Positions 27,630-41,506 are shown, numbered from the stretch's first letter. The stretch: 64,000 nt of DNA from Octopus sinensis (GCF_006345805.1 NC_043009.1:33418001-33482000), one strand, 5' to 3'. Translations and numbers: made by a program. Notes: a model not told the origin generated them from the sequence alone.

Positions 27630-27896
27630 TTCTATCTGCTAACCTGGAATGGAAACTTCATATAACAGAATGAAATTGTAACATTATCACTAACTTCATA
27701 GTGATGATTAGCACGAGCGAAACTGGTTGACTATGTAAATATTCTATTCCCTAAAAATATTTACATATATTGTCCAACGTAAAATTTCTGAGAATTTTCC
27801 TCATATTTTACACTACAATTCACCACGTGGAGGAGAAAAAGTTTTTTTTATATAACCTTTTCCCTCTCTCTCACCCTCTCTCTCTCTCTCTCTCTC

Positions 27897-27986
<90 letters not shown>

Positions 27987-28359
27987 GTTGCTCTATATAA
28001 AGACTACTTCAAATCACATCCTATTGATAGATAATTTCTGTCAGTGGGAGAATGTGGTCCTGGCTTTCGCTGCATATAGGCAAATAACAGGAGAATCTTT
28101 ATTATTTTCTTCGACACTTTCAGCTTCTTCAGTTCTCTCATACTACGGTTCCTACCTTAAGGGGCGATATAATACTCTAAGAGCAAAATTTGATAAAATG
28201 TAACATATTCAAAAATGTATCATACAATAAACCATCAGTATAATAAGAGTCATGACGTCATACAGGCCAGGCATCAGTGCCACAACACAATCTTTACTGC
28301 AAGAACTGAGGAATATTTCCACAAGGAATATATTGAGAAGTGGTTTCGTGTTGCTGTAC

Positions 28360-28551
28360 AAGGACAGCCATTTCAGGTAAGGGTTTAATTCGATTACATC
28401 GACCCCAGTTCTGGTACTTATTTTATCGACCCTTAGAAAATGATAGGCGAAGTCCACTTCGGAAGAATTTGAATTTAGGACGTAAAGATGGACGGGATGC
28501 AGCTAAGCATTTTGGCCGGTACTCTAACGGTTCTTCCAGCTCACTGCCCTA
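28360..28551 (-). mobile_element. SINE of the same family
   Basis: cgattacatcgaccccag..gaatttgaa..ccagctcactgcc. Confidence 0.8.
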
Positions 28552-29774
28552 AATGTATGAGATATTAATAAATTTTCAAGAAAGTTGTTTTATTTAGCTT
28601 CTTTTCAATATCCCCCCCAAAAAATGGAATCACAGAGAATTATTGCTTTACCAAATGTAGTTGCGTTGGTGGCAGGTTGAAAACGGCTAATTTCATAGAT
28701 TCTTCGATTTTATTGGTTTCTTAGTCATTGCTCTTCCGCTTTATTCTACTACTTCCACTAATACACTACTGCTACTAATACTATTACAGCTCCTGTCATT
28801 TCTTTTGGCCGCTGTTACTACTACTACAACTACAACTAGTACTACTACTACTACTACCACCAATGTTGCTGCTACTAACTTTAATTGCCTCTATCCCAGC
28901 CACAGATTTACAAAAAAAAATGAAATGCAAAAACAAAACAAACAAGCAAAATGGTACAGTCAGTTTGTATTTATAGAATGCAAAGAAAAAATGGTAAAAA
29001 AAGAAAAGAGATGTAAAAGAATTAATTCCAAATATTTGCCACTGATAACTAAATTGGTCTGGCACTAATGAACAGTCTCTTCTCATCTGAAAATAGATAT
29101 TCAATATGATTTATTGAAAGAGAATCACAAGCGCCAACCGCTACAGAATAGTTTCTTTAGGAGATGCATAAGAAATAAATCCAAATTCCATCCCAAGCAA
29201 AATACTAATTCTATACGATTCCATAATAGAGTTTTGTCTTTTATGCTTTTATTATATTTATCATTTTTTTGTTTGTTGTTTTGGGGGTTCTTTTTCGTTT
29301 ATTTTTCTTTCTTTTTTTCTTTCTTTTGTTATATATTACACTGAATTTTTATTTATGTCAAGGCTTGTTGTCCAATTATTGAATATATTGTAATGGGTCT
29401 ATTGAGAAAATTGAAAATTGAGTAAAAATCAAACAAAAATACAGTGAAAAATAAAATATCTAACCGACCCAAAACATACACACATACACACGCATGTAGA
29501 CACACAAAACACGCACACACACACACACACATACACACACACACACATACACACACACACACAAACACATATACACATATATATACATGTATATTTACTT
29601 GTCTGCTATTAAATATATACATAAAGTATGAAATTATTGAGACTACACGCACTCACACACACTCATACCCACCATATATATATATATCAGTGTATGTATG
29701 TGTATATTTACGTATTTGCATGTATATATATATATACATGTATGCATACATATATATATAAATATGTATATATA

Positions 29775-29822
<48 letters not shown>

Positions 29823-29827
29823 GTATG

Positions 29828-29865
<38 letters not shown>

Positions 29866-29896
29866 TATATACATACATACATGTATGCATACATAT

Positions 29897-29938
<42 letters not shown>

Positions 29939-30074
29939 CACACACACACACACACATGTGTACGTGTACGTAAATGATTGTGTGAGAAAGTCCGTACGTA
30001 TATAAGTGATTTATACTGGTTTGACTAAGAATTGATTTAAAGTTCAATTTTATCAATATATATACTTAAAAATC

Positions 30075-30290
30075 GGTTTCAAATTTTGGCCCAAGGCCAG
30101 CAAATTCGGAGTGGAATTAAATCGATTACATCAACCCCAATGATCTCTTGGTCATTATTTTATCGATCCCGAAAGGATGAAAATCAAACTCGACCTCGGC
30201 GGAATTTGAACTCAGAAGATAAAGACGGACGAAATGCCACTAAGCAGTTTGTCCGGCATGGTAAGAATTTTATCAACTTGTCACCCTAAT
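30075..30290 (-). mobile_element. SINE of the same family
   Basis: cgacctcggcggaatttgaactcagaa. Confidence 0.8.
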
Positions 30291-30464
30291 ATACACTTAA
30301 ATATCAGAAACCAGAATATTTCTACAAAACTTTCCTTAAAACTGGTTTAGAAGTAAACAACATCGACGCTGTTAAAATCCAATGGAATGGTCACTGCGAC
30401 ACCATCTTGTGTATATTTATGTCAGTTTTGGGGACTAAACAAGGAAACTCATTATTTCGAGACT

Positions 30465-30855
30465 TTGGAAGGAAGCACTCCGTCGGTTGCGACGACGAGG
30501 GTTCCAGTTGATCCGAATCAACGGAACAGCCTGCTCGTGAAATTAACGTGTAAGTGGCTGAGCACTCCACAGACACGTGCACTCTTAACGTAGTTCTCGG
30601 GGATATGCAGCGTGACACAGAGAGTGACAAGGCTGGCCCTTTGAAATACAGGTACAACAGAAACAGGAAGTAAGAGTGAGAGAAAGTTGTGGTGAAAGAG
30701 TACAGCAGGGATCACCACCATCCCCTGCCGGAGCCTCGTGGAGCTTTAGGTGTTTTCGCTCAATAAACACTCACAACGCCCGGTCTGGGAATCGAAACCG
30801 CGATCCTATGACCGCGAGTCTGCTGCCCTAACCACTGGGCCATTGCGCCTCCACC
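30465..30855 (-). mobile_element. Third SINE family (tRNA-Arg-like head), full length with 11-bp TSD
   Basis: Head ggcgcaatggcccagtggttagggcagcagactcgcggtc..ggtttcgattccc; atttcgagact at 30454-30464 and 30856-30866. Confidence 0.85.
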
Positions 30856-30966
30856 ATTTCGAGACTGAAATGTATTAAAATGTATTAAACGAACGATCAG
30901 AATATTAGGTCGTTGCAGAAATGTATGTACCTGCAATGGTTAACTGAAGCAGCAATAACATAGCTG

Positions 30967-31160
30967 TATTATTGTCACACTGCCTTCTGCGCATGCGTGC
31001 CTACAGTTGGTACTATTGTGGTCACGCGATCGAAGTTTGAGTCTGATCGCGCCATTTTTCTTTCTGGCTTTGCAGTGTAGCAATGCGCAGCAAAGAAGAA
31101 CAAAGAACAGTGATCCGATTTCTCTGGTCGGAAGGTGTGTCAGGTGTTGAAATTCATCAG
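30967..31160 (+). mobile_element. Inverted 5-prime fragment of the same mariner family
   Basis: Diverged reverse-complement match to 31893-32100. Confidence 0.85.
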
Positions 31161-31162
31161 AG

Positions 31163-32147
31163 GCAATTGATGAAGGGTTTCAACGGCCTGGGCGCCCATT
31201 TGTGGGTGTGCATTGTCATACAACAACATAACTTTCTTCAATAATATGCTTCGGTATTTGGTACGAATTGCTGGCTTCAGTTTGTTCACCAGCAAAGAAC
31301 TGTACCTAGCACTACTGATCGTACACCCCTTTTCCATGCCCTTTTGAGTTCCAAGAAAAGCATAGGCCCTTTTGAGTTAGCGTCATCTTTCCCACAGGAA
31401 ACTGAGTCTTGAATTTCTTCGTCGCTGGCGAGCCAGGATGTTTCCATTCCATAATGTCTTTTGTATTTTGCCTCGTAATGATGGACCCTTGTTTCATCCC
31501 CTGTGACTATTCTGCTCAAATTTCCTTGCCCTCATTGTTGTAGCGATCGAGTAAACGTTGGCAGACCTCAAAACGTTTGCGCTTGTACTCTGCAGTAAGC
31601 TCTCTTGGCACCCATCTTGCACAGACTTTATGGAAGCCGAGCTCATCGTGGATGATTTGATAGGCAGAACCATGACTAATCAGCAGAGAAAGAGCTACCT
31701 CATCGATGATAACTCGCCGGTTTGCTATTACTATGCCTCGATCTTGCTGAATCTTCTCGTCAGTGGTGAAGGTTGACGAGCACCCTGTTCCCTCTCGTAC
31801 GTCAAGCTTGTCTAGTCTCTTTTTAACTCTCCATCCACTCATACACACTTCTGCACGATAGTGCACTGTACTCCTATTGTGCTAAAAGTCACCGATGAAT
31901 TTCAGCACCTGACACACCTTCCGACCAGAGAGATCGGATCACTGCTCTTTGTTCTTCTTTGGTGAACATTGCTAGTAGAGCGGCCATGTTTACACTGCAA
32001 AACCAGAAAGAAAAATGGCGCGATCAGGCTCAAACTTCAATCATGACCACAAGAGTACCAACCACAAACATACATGTGGAGAAGGCAGTGTGACAATAAT
32101 AAAGATATGTTATGGCGGAAGTGCGGATAATTTTTGACTTCTCCGTG
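31163..32147 (-). mobile_element. Mariner (DD34D-type) transposon, decayed and truncated at the 3-prime end
   Basis: Transposase start near 31987 (MAALLAMFTKEEQRAVIR); motifs WVPREL, IVTGDETRVHHY and LLYDNAHP; stops and frameshifts; TIR-like cacggagaagtcaaaaattatccgcac at 32121-32147. Confidence 0.92.
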
Positions 32148-32153
32148 TGTGTG

Positions 32154-32185
<32 letters not shown>

Positions 32186-32289
32186 CCGGAGTAAACACAT
32201 AAATGTGAAACAAGGTGGAAAAAAGAGTACTCAAATACCAGTGGTAGAGTAATATGCTTTATTTTAAGCAGCAGAAAATTCAACAAAAT

Positions 32290-32327
32290 CTGTTACTCTG
32301 AGTTTCTCGTTGCCGTTCATCAGACAG
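32290..32327 (-). ncRNA. Minimal type I hammerhead ribozyme (copy 1)
   Basis: CTGT-CTGATGA-A-CG-GCAA-CG-A-GAAA-CTC-A-GAG-TA^ACAG; GNRA-capped 2-bp stem II, near-palindromic stem III. Confidence 0.65.
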
Positions 32328-32715
32328 TTTTTGCTAGCAAAACTGTCTGATGACAGAACTGTCTCCGTTCTCCATGGTTCAAAACATTTCCTAACCGTTA
32401 CCCACTATTCTCGCCTTCTTGGCTCCATGGCTGTATCTTGTTCAACTGTTCGTCCTCGTCCGCCGTCCTAAATCACATTCTGCGTCGTTTTGCTTGTCTT
32501 GCTTCGTTTTGTTTGCTCTAGTCCCTAAATCTACGCAAGAAAGCCGTTTTTATCGTTAAATGTGCAAAACTGAAAATAACCATTGGTCGATAATTGATGA
32601 AGAATTATCGACTTTCTGTTTGTCTCACGTTTATTTTTACATTCAGTATACGTTATGCCGTTTGTTTATATATATTTTTTCATTTATCAAGTAATGGAAC
32701 GCAACACACCGAATT

Positions 32716-32823
<108 letters not shown>

Positions 32824-33143
32824 CCGCGATTTTTTTCCTCCGTCTTCCTTTCTCTGGATCTTTCCTTTTCCTATGTTTCTGACGAAGAGTTCCGCTCGAA
32901 CCGTTAAACCCTCCGTCTTCCCTTCCTTCCTGAGCGTCCAATAATACTATATTTGTTCCACGTCCTCGCGTTGTTGTGTTTTCTCTTTGTCTTTTCATGT
33001 TTGGATTAACTTTATATATATATATTATATATATATATACCGGAGTAAACACATAAATGTGAAACAAGGTGGAAAAAAGAGTACTCAAATACCAGTGGTA
33101 GAGTAATATGCTTTATTTTAAGCAGCAGAAAATTCAACAAAAT

Positions 33144-33181
33144 CTGTTACTCTGAGTTTCTCGTTGCCGTTCATCAGACAG
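33144..33181 (-). ncRNA. Minimal type I hammerhead ribozyme (copy 2)
   Basis: Same sequence as 32290-32327, in the second unit of the tandem duplication. Confidence 0.65.
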
Positions 33182-33572
33182 TTTTTGCTAGCAAAAACTG
33201 TCTGATGACAGAACTGTCTCCGTTCTCCATGGTTCAAAACATTTCCTAACCGTTACCCACTATTCTCGCCTTCTTGGCTCCATGGCTGTATCTTGTTCAA
33301 CTGTTCGTCCTCGTCCGCCGTCCTAAATCACATTCTGCGTCGTTTTGCTTGTCTTGCTTCGTTTTGTTTGCTCTAGTCCCTAAATCTACGCAAGAAAGCC
33401 GTTTTTATCGTTAAATGTGCAAAACTGAAAATAACCATTGGTCGATAATTGATGAAGAATTATCGACTTTCTGTTTGTCTCACGTTTATTTTTACATTCA
33501 GTATACGTTATGCCGTTTGTTTATATATATATTTTTTCATTTATCAAGTAATGGAACGCAACACACCGAATT

Positions 33573-33673
<101 letters not shown>

Positions 33674-35528
33674 CCGCGATTTTTTTCCTCCGTCTTCCTT
33701 TCTCTGGATCTTTCCTTTTCCTATGTTTCTGACGAAGAGTTCCGCTCGAACCGTTAAACCCTCCGTCTTCCCTTCCTTCCTGAGCGTCCAATAATACTAT
33801 ATTTGTTCCACGTCCTCGCGTTGTTGTGTTTTCTCTTTGTCTTTTCATGTTTGGATTAACTTTATATATATATATATATATATACATGTGCGTGTGTGTG
33901 TGTGTGCGTGTGTGTGTGTTGTGTGTGTGTGTGTTGTGTGTGTGTGTGTGTTTCTGTGCGTGTGTGTGTTTCTGTGCTGTAATGAACAATTACTATGTTT
34001 TTAGTTTTAACTTTTTTTTTTACAATCCCTGATTTGTTTGAAACAACAGCTTCTACATCCATCCTAATCACCACCCAACTTTCCTAGACTTTCGCAGCCT
34101 CGTCATCAGCATGTAAAGAGCAAATAACTGAGAAACTACTAGGCAAATGGAATCTTCTATACAATTAATTATCAGAAATTGTTACTAAGTTTACATATTT
34201 GTCAGCACTTAAAATTTGAGCTTAAGACGTATGCATCACGAGTCATAAAACATCTTGTTTCTGTGTTTATTTTAGCATCGTGTTGTGTTATGATTAATCA
34301 CTTATCAATGATCGTCTACCATTAATCATCTAGTTTTTATTATGAACTGACACAAATAACATAATACAAAAGCGCTAAAATAGAACACGAAAGAACAAAG
34401 TGGATTAAAAATTCGAGTGTAGAAGTGAAAGTTTTAAACTTTATGACCTCCGCTCCTGTACAACATTCTCCTGTAGATTCGCAATGCACTTAAAACTATA
34501 AGTAATAATAACACGTTACGCAGAATAACATAAAATAAAAACAGACAGAAAAATTAGTGGACAACATATCCATTCTGTATGATTTGCTTAATCTTTAAAG
34601 CGTCAGACAAAATGCATATTTTTTTTTTATTCCAGCTCTTCACGATCTGAGTTCAAATTACACTAAAACCAAATTTGCGTTTATCCTTCCAAGGTCGATA
34701 TATTAAAGAACCAGTCGAAGACTGGTCTCCATGTTATCGATTAACCTTTTCGCTTCTCTAAACATGTGGCTTTGTGCCTGTATTATAAAAGATTACTACG
34801 ATATACAGAAAAAGGAGAAAGGCAATTGGGTTTGACTAAGGCAGATAGTCTCAGCAAGTGTACAATTAATTTTTTATATAAGAACAAAATCGTTTTCGTT
34901 TGCATGACAATCAAACTGATGAACTGACACAAAACGAGGCTTTTAAACACACAGAGTTAGAAAAACGTTAAAGAGGCGAATCGCAGAAAGGTTAAAAAGC
35001 AAGAAGAGTGCAGGATAATTGTTAAAACGAAAGCAACATAATGAGGCAATGAAGACATTACGTGTGAAAAAAGGGAGAATTTAGGTTGTGTTGACAATAA
35101 TAGACCTAAAATTGTTGAATTATTAAATTTTTGGAATTCCGCTACCCATTACTGGAAGTCATAGTCCTTTGGTAATTCTGTGGAGAAATATTGCACGAAT
35201 TATATAAAATCTGAAATTTTGAAATTGCTTTAAATGGTTTTCGTGACTGTCTCTGAAATAATATTGAATTGAAAGATCTTTCTGCTGCAGGAAGAATAAG
35301 GAATGCTAAACAAATTATGATCTCGTTTGTAATAAGTTTGTATCGAAAAAGAAAGACTTTTCTTTTGTAATGATAAACGTTAAAAAGAAACAGCAAGCTT
35401 AACAACCAAACACATATCATGCTTTACAAAGGGAATTTTATCGTGGAAGCTGTTAATGTGGATCGATCTATACGTCAAATCATGAAAGGATTTATCAGCA
35501 AAATGAACAGATGCCACACATGCCCAGA

Positions 35529-35529
35529 T

Positions 35530-35613
<84 letters not shown>

Positions 35614-35636
35614 TAGATAGATAGATAGATAGATAG

Positions 35637-35684
<48 letters not shown>

Positions 35685-35686
35685 AG

Positions 35687-35765
<79 letters not shown>

Positions 35766-35798
35766 GTAGATAGATAGATAAGTAGATAGATAGATAAG

Positions 35799-35867
<69 letters not shown>
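35529..35867. repeat. (TAGA)n microsatellite
   Basis: Direct reading. Confidence 0.97.
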
Positions 35868-35868
<1 letters not shown>

Positions 35869-35913
35869 TTCTTTAAATAAACAGAAAACAAGTTGTTGGT
35901 ATTTTGCACATTT

Positions 35914-35966
35914 CATTACGCACGTTTCAATAATCAGTCAATCACGATAGCGCATTTCGTCAGATA
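35914..35966 (-). ncRNA. Hammerhead ribozyme candidate: intact core, weak stem I
   Basis: TAT-CTGACGA-AATG..TATT-GAAA-CG-TG-CG-TA^ATG; only 3 bp of stem I. Confidence 0.45.
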
Positions 35967-36916
35967 GAGTATATCGAGTTATAAAACTGATTCAAACTTA
36001 TATAACAAAAATCATGCTCATACCAAGTAGGATATCTATGGTTGTTGGTCGAGTACTTTAGAGACTGAAAATGGAATATGCGAGAAACTTTATTACTCAC
36101 AACGATCGTTTCGACCCATCCTGCATCGATCCCTCAGCGGGTGGGATACTGTACAACTGGTCCCTCGGTGTAAAAGTGTCTCGTCGGGTGACTGCATCCA
36201 GCGACAATTGTAAAACTACCGTGGATGACGTCAGGTTGCCATAGGCAGTAAACATTCTTCACAGGCTCACTACTAGGTACAAACCCAATGCTTAAATAAA
36301 TATATGTATGTATACATGTCCATACAAATAATTCTGGCCTTAGACGAAGCATAGTAATTATTCACACACATGCACACTTGATCTTTTATGATTCTTAGCT
36401 AAAAATATCACATTTATTAAAAACATCTGGAGTACAGAAAAGGATACATAGAGGAAGATTAATATTTTGAAAGAGATGTATAAAAGAGAATTATTTGTAT
36501 GGACATGTATACATACATGTATTTATCTATAACGAAGTTGACCATTAAAGGCTGTACTCCACTGTGGCCATAGTCAAATGACTGAAGGATATAAAAGAAT
36601 AAAAGAAAGAATACGACACTAAAATATCAGGAACCTAAAGCAACTGTGATGCTGTAGCGTGGGCGAGGAGAGGCAGGCGGAAAGAATATAATGTTATAGC
36701 ACTGTCATCAACCTTAGTATCTCTGGGGCAAAAAATAGAATTGCTAAAAACCACATTGGAATATATTAGCCAGTGTAGTTAAATCCAAATATTATTGGAA
36801 AGAAAAACAGTTGAAGATACAAGAGGTACAATGTAGAATGTGTGTATGTGTCTACCTATATATGGATATATGTCAGTATATATATATATGTGTGTGTGTG
36901 TGTATATATATATATA

Positions 36917-36971
<55 letters not shown>

Positions 36972-36997
36972 GTATGCGTGTGTTTGTGTGTCTGTGT

Positions 36998-37190
36998 TTG
37001 TCCCCCTAGCATTGCTTGATAACCGATGCTGGTGTGTTTACGTCCCCGTCACTTAGCGGTTCGGCAAAAGAGACCGATAGAATAAGTACTGGGCTTACAA
37101 AGAATAAGTCCTGGAGTCGATTTGCTCGACTAAAGGCGGTGCTCCAGCATGGCCGCAGTCAAATGACTGAAACAAGTAAAAGAGTAAAAG
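36998..37190 (+). mobile_element. 3-prime module of the second-family SINE
   Basis: Near-identical to 11243-11428. Confidence 0.85.
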
Positions 37191-37275
37191 ACATATATAT
37201 ACATATGTGTGTGTATGTATATATATATCATAGGTGTGTATATGTGTGCGTGAATATATGTATTTACCGCATGTG

Positions 37276-37307
<32 letters not shown>

Positions 37308-37739
37308 CACTGGTATGCATATATTTATGTGACTGGTTCAACATAAATGGCACGGTGTAATATGCTAAATGTGAACACTCCAGTCGGTGAAGTCTGACAA
37401 GAATACAAATAAAATTACTGGGAATTCTTTTGTGTCACAATAATGAACCATTTATTTTTTATTTTTCAGCAGTGGTAAAAATAAAAACATAATTAATTTC
37501 AGACAGATTTATGGATGTTGATTTGTCTTTTGTGATTATTGTTTAATTCTATTCTTTTAGCAACGAAGCTGACATAGATTTTTTTCAATTTTACGCTCAT
37601 TTCTTATTCTTCCGGAAAGAAATAGGTTGGATAGGTTTACAAAGTAATAAAATTTTTTTTGTGGATGTGATTATAAATGTATGTTACTGACACACTTCTA
37701 CATAGAAACTCTTTAGTTCACAATTATTAACCGATTTAA

Positions 37740-37890
37740 AGGAGCGATCTGCCAGAATCGTTAACAAGCTGGGCAAAATGCTTGTCGGCATTTCATCAGT
37801 CTTTACGTTCTGAGTTCAAACTCTACCGAGGCTGACTCTCACCCTTTCCGATAAAATAAGTACCAGTAGGACACTGGGGTCGGTATAAAC
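37740..37890 (+). mobile_element. SINE of the same family
   Basis: ctgccagaatcgttaac..gttctgagttcaaa..agtaccagt..ggggtcg. Confidence 0.75.
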
Positions 37891-38507
37891 GACCCTATAT
37901 TGTATAAGATGCTAAAATTATTAGAATCCTTTGAGAAAAAAAAACTATCTAAAAGTATACCTATATATTTCAAACCACGAGTAGGATTAAGGATGTTCAA
38001 TAGTTCAGTATTAGAAGATTCTATTCTCCCTACCCCATCAGCTTTGGCCTACTAATTTTAGCTGAAATACATTCAACTGTACCAGAAGTTCTTCAAAGAG
38101 AGCTTGATTTATGACTCTGCCACTTAAACTGTCTCTTCCTCTATCTATAAAAGATACATTCTTAGTATTGTCTCCACTAGACTTAATAGAATAATATTAA
38201 ACCCCACCCCAATAGTAAATCTGAACAAAAATGTAAATTCAGTCATAAGTAGTATATCCATGAATAAATATTATTTACTACCATGTTTCGGTTGATGAGA
38301 CTGGTCTCTCTGTCTATCTACTTACCCTCTTTGTGATGTAATAAGTTTAAAAATGAATCTTTTCAATTTAGCTAAAAAATTCCATATGCAGCTGATGATT
38401 TCTCTACATTTTAAAACTGATGTAATACTTGCATTGTTTAATTAGATGAAGTCGCATGAAACGATCGTACTGCATTACCTTTGGATATCCGTGTTGCTTA
38501 TTTTGAT

Positions 38508-38519
<12 letters not shown>

Positions 38520-38573
<54 letters not shown>

Positions 38574-38598
38574 TGTCTGTGTGTGTGTGTGTCTGTGT

Positions 38599-38637
<39 letters not shown>

Positions 38638-38738
38638 TGTGTGTCTGTGTGTGTCTGTGTGTGTCTGTGTGTCTGTGTGTGTGTGTGTGTGTGTGTCTGT
38701 GTGTGTGTCTGTGTGTGTCTGTGTGTCTGTGTGTGTGT
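38520..38738. repeat. (TG)n/(TGTC) microsatellite
   Basis: Direct reading. Confidence 0.95.
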
Positions 38739-39373
38739 ACCGAATGTAGGAAGTTCGACAATGCATTGCAATTAATTTCAGTTCTTCATAATTCTTAGGC
38801 GTCCAAACTTTTCGCAATTGTTGCATTTACCGAACATTCTCCACTTAATAATCATTAATCCAAAGATAAAACGTGTGAAGAAATGTACTTAATACAGTTT
38901 AGTTGCAGCAGAAGGAAACAAAAATTCCTGAGCGTAAATGAATTTCTATGGATTACTAAGAATGGTTCTTAACTTTATTAGTTTAATTCTTTAACACTTC
39001 TAAGTCTCAGCAGAGAAGAAAGCAACGCAACAAATGGAGGAGGAGAAGGCTCGATACGTTTTTGTTTTGTTTTTGTTTTTGTTTTTGTTATTTTCAGTCT
39101 ACCGTGTTTTTTCTCTTTTTTTTGGTACTAAAACATGTGAAAATAGAAAATAAAAGAAACAAACCATCGGAATATAAGAACAATTACCAAACTATGTCAA
39201 AATTTAATATTACATGGTCTTGGTGGGGCTGGTGGTGGTGTTGGTGGTGGTGGGCGTTGGTGATGGTAATGGTGGTGGCGGTGGTAGTGGTGGTGGTGGT
39301 GGTGGTGGTGGTAGTGGTGGTATATATAAATATCCTGCAGAGTGGGTTGTTCGTCGAGGAAGCGGGGGCCTAC

Positions 39374-39419
39374 CACACGTTGATGATAGGCAATACACCT
39401 TGAAACCTAGGTCCGTGTG
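39374..39419 (+). ncRNA. Type I hammerhead ribozyme, C3U variant
   Basis: CACACG-TTGATGA-T-AGG-CAATACA-CCT-T-GAAA-CCTAGG-TC^CGTGTG; perfect 6-bp stem I, extended by GAAGCGG/CCGCTTC; palindromic stem III ACCTAGGT. Confidence 0.75.
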
Positions 39420-39956
39420 TGGTTTCCGCTTCATCGGGGAATTATCTCCCTTTGCAGGATAAAGGACACCGTGATCGTGTCAAGCCTATCTGGCGACGTT
39501 GATGTTCGCCTGGGGCTAAATGCAACAGTAACACCCCCACCACCCTGCCCTGTCCCTAGCCATATTCAGATGGCTTTAGTCCCTTATGGTATATATATAT
39601 ATATATATATTCTTTATATATATATAGATACAATGACAGTGTCGAACATTGAGAATGAGCACTCAATACTACATTGGTGGATAAATATAGTTCTCTTTGC
39701 TGATCTTGTCATAATCTTAATTCGCAATTTTCTAATGCTACACATATAAAATGGTGATAAGACTGTTTCCATTTTGGATTTGGATTTATATATATGTTAA
39801 TATAATAGAAACAATTGTCGTTGAGGATTCGATAGTTTGAACAGCTGAATTACCTGCTCCTGAATAAACGTTTAAGTGGCTGATTGTTCCACGGACACGT
39901 GTGCATTGAGAGAGACACAAACGGAAGAATGTTGTGCGCGTGTGTGTGTGTAGATA

Positions 39957-40170
39957 CTGGTTTCAAATTTTGGCACAAGGCCAACGTTTTCAGGGAAGTG
40001 GATAAGTCGATTACATCGACCCCAGTGTTTAACTGGTACGTATTTTATCGATCCCAAAAGGATGAACGGCAAGGTCGATACCGTTAGAATTTGAACTCAG
40101 AACGTAAAGTCATAACAAATGCTGATAAGCACTTTGTCTGATGCACTGACGATTCTAGAAGCTAATCGCT
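39957..40170 (-). mobile_element. SINE of the same family
   Basis: ggcacaaggcc..gtcgattacatcgacccc..gaatttgaactcagaacg. Confidence 0.8.
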
Positions 40171-41506
40171 GTATGTCATGATATTCGTTATTAATTCTGA
40201 AAGGTTTTCCAAATTCTTCTAGAAACCTCGAAGGCACCAAATATAACTGCCTTTGGCACAGTGGGAACCTATACTGACAAAGAAGCCTAAAACTACAGAC
40301 TCTGGTATAGCTCTATCATTGATTTACTTTAACAAACGAATATTAATATTCTGGAGAAGTTCTCAAAGATGGCTTCTTAGTACTTAAAAGATATTTGTGT
40401 TAATTCGTTAATTAATCTTGTTAATCCGGTCTTGACAAACCTTAATATGAGAAAATACTTTACAATGAACAGTTCTTCGATATAACTGATTTATTACGAT
40501 GTGATATTAGCACTTGCTGGATGTATAGAGACAGGGAGAGGGGGAAGATGGAGGAGAAGGAGGAGGTGGTGGGGGTATTGGTGGTGGGGATAGAAAATGG
40601 AGAAGGATGGGGAATGAAAGTCAGTGGGAGAATGCAAGAAAAGATGGGGAAGAATGATCGCAGAAAGAATCAATGGTTAGGTGAGTGATGAGTGATAATT
40701 TATGATTGACAGACAGAAATGGTGGTCTGATGGAACAGCAAATGTGTTTGGCATCAGCTTTTAATGAAGAAAGCTTTACTTGTGGTTGTTGTGGTTATTA
40801 GACAAGAGGAAATAGAAATAATGGAGAGAAATGGAGGAAATGTGAGGAGACAGAAAGAGGGGAAGAGAGAAAGGGGGAGAAAATAGAAAATTGTAGAAAT
40901 ATTGTAAAAAAATAGTGTAAATAAGTAAATATAATGGAATATATTTGTGGTAGTAGACATTAAATTATGAATAATATCATCATCACCATCCGCCTCCTCC
41001 TCCTCCTCATCATCATCATCATCATCATCATGTTAATGATGTTGGGGACGAACTATTGTCACACAGATTTTATACCATTTCCTAACAGCTGAGTGGACAG
41101 ATTGGCAAATTGTAGTCTGAGATAGAACTACATTGATTTGGTACCAGTTACTGACAGCCAGGTCAACTGATAGATTTGGTGGACTGTAGTCTAAGGTAGA
41201 ACTACATTGGTCTGATACCAATAACTGCCAACTTGGTGAACAGACTGGTAGACTGTGGCCTGAAAGGTAATTAGATTATCATGTTTCCTCTTCCTAAGAG
41301 GTACCATCTTATAGGTTTTATTTACCAATGTCAAAAATATCATCTAAGGGCTATGAAAACTCGACAAGAGTGCCACAGGTTAATTAATAGCTGCTTACTG
41401 TGACGATTATTGCTCAACTGCTGGGGATTAGTAACAAATTACACCCAATAGAAAATTACTATTTGTAAATCTCTCAATGAGAGATATTTAGCAACAGTAC
41501 TCCAGA

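Noticed and set aside
28267-28377. Plus-strand open exon ending CAG|gtaagg
   Set aside because: The donor and 3-prime part belong to the tail of the antisense SINE at 28360-28551.
31105-31165. CTGATGA..GAAATCGGATC on the minus strand as an HHR
   Set aside because: Lies within mariner coding sequence, with no stem I or stem II; chance match.
34075-34115. CTGATGA..GCGAAAG on the minus strand as an HHR
   Set aside because: Stem II is poor and no stem I can be formed.
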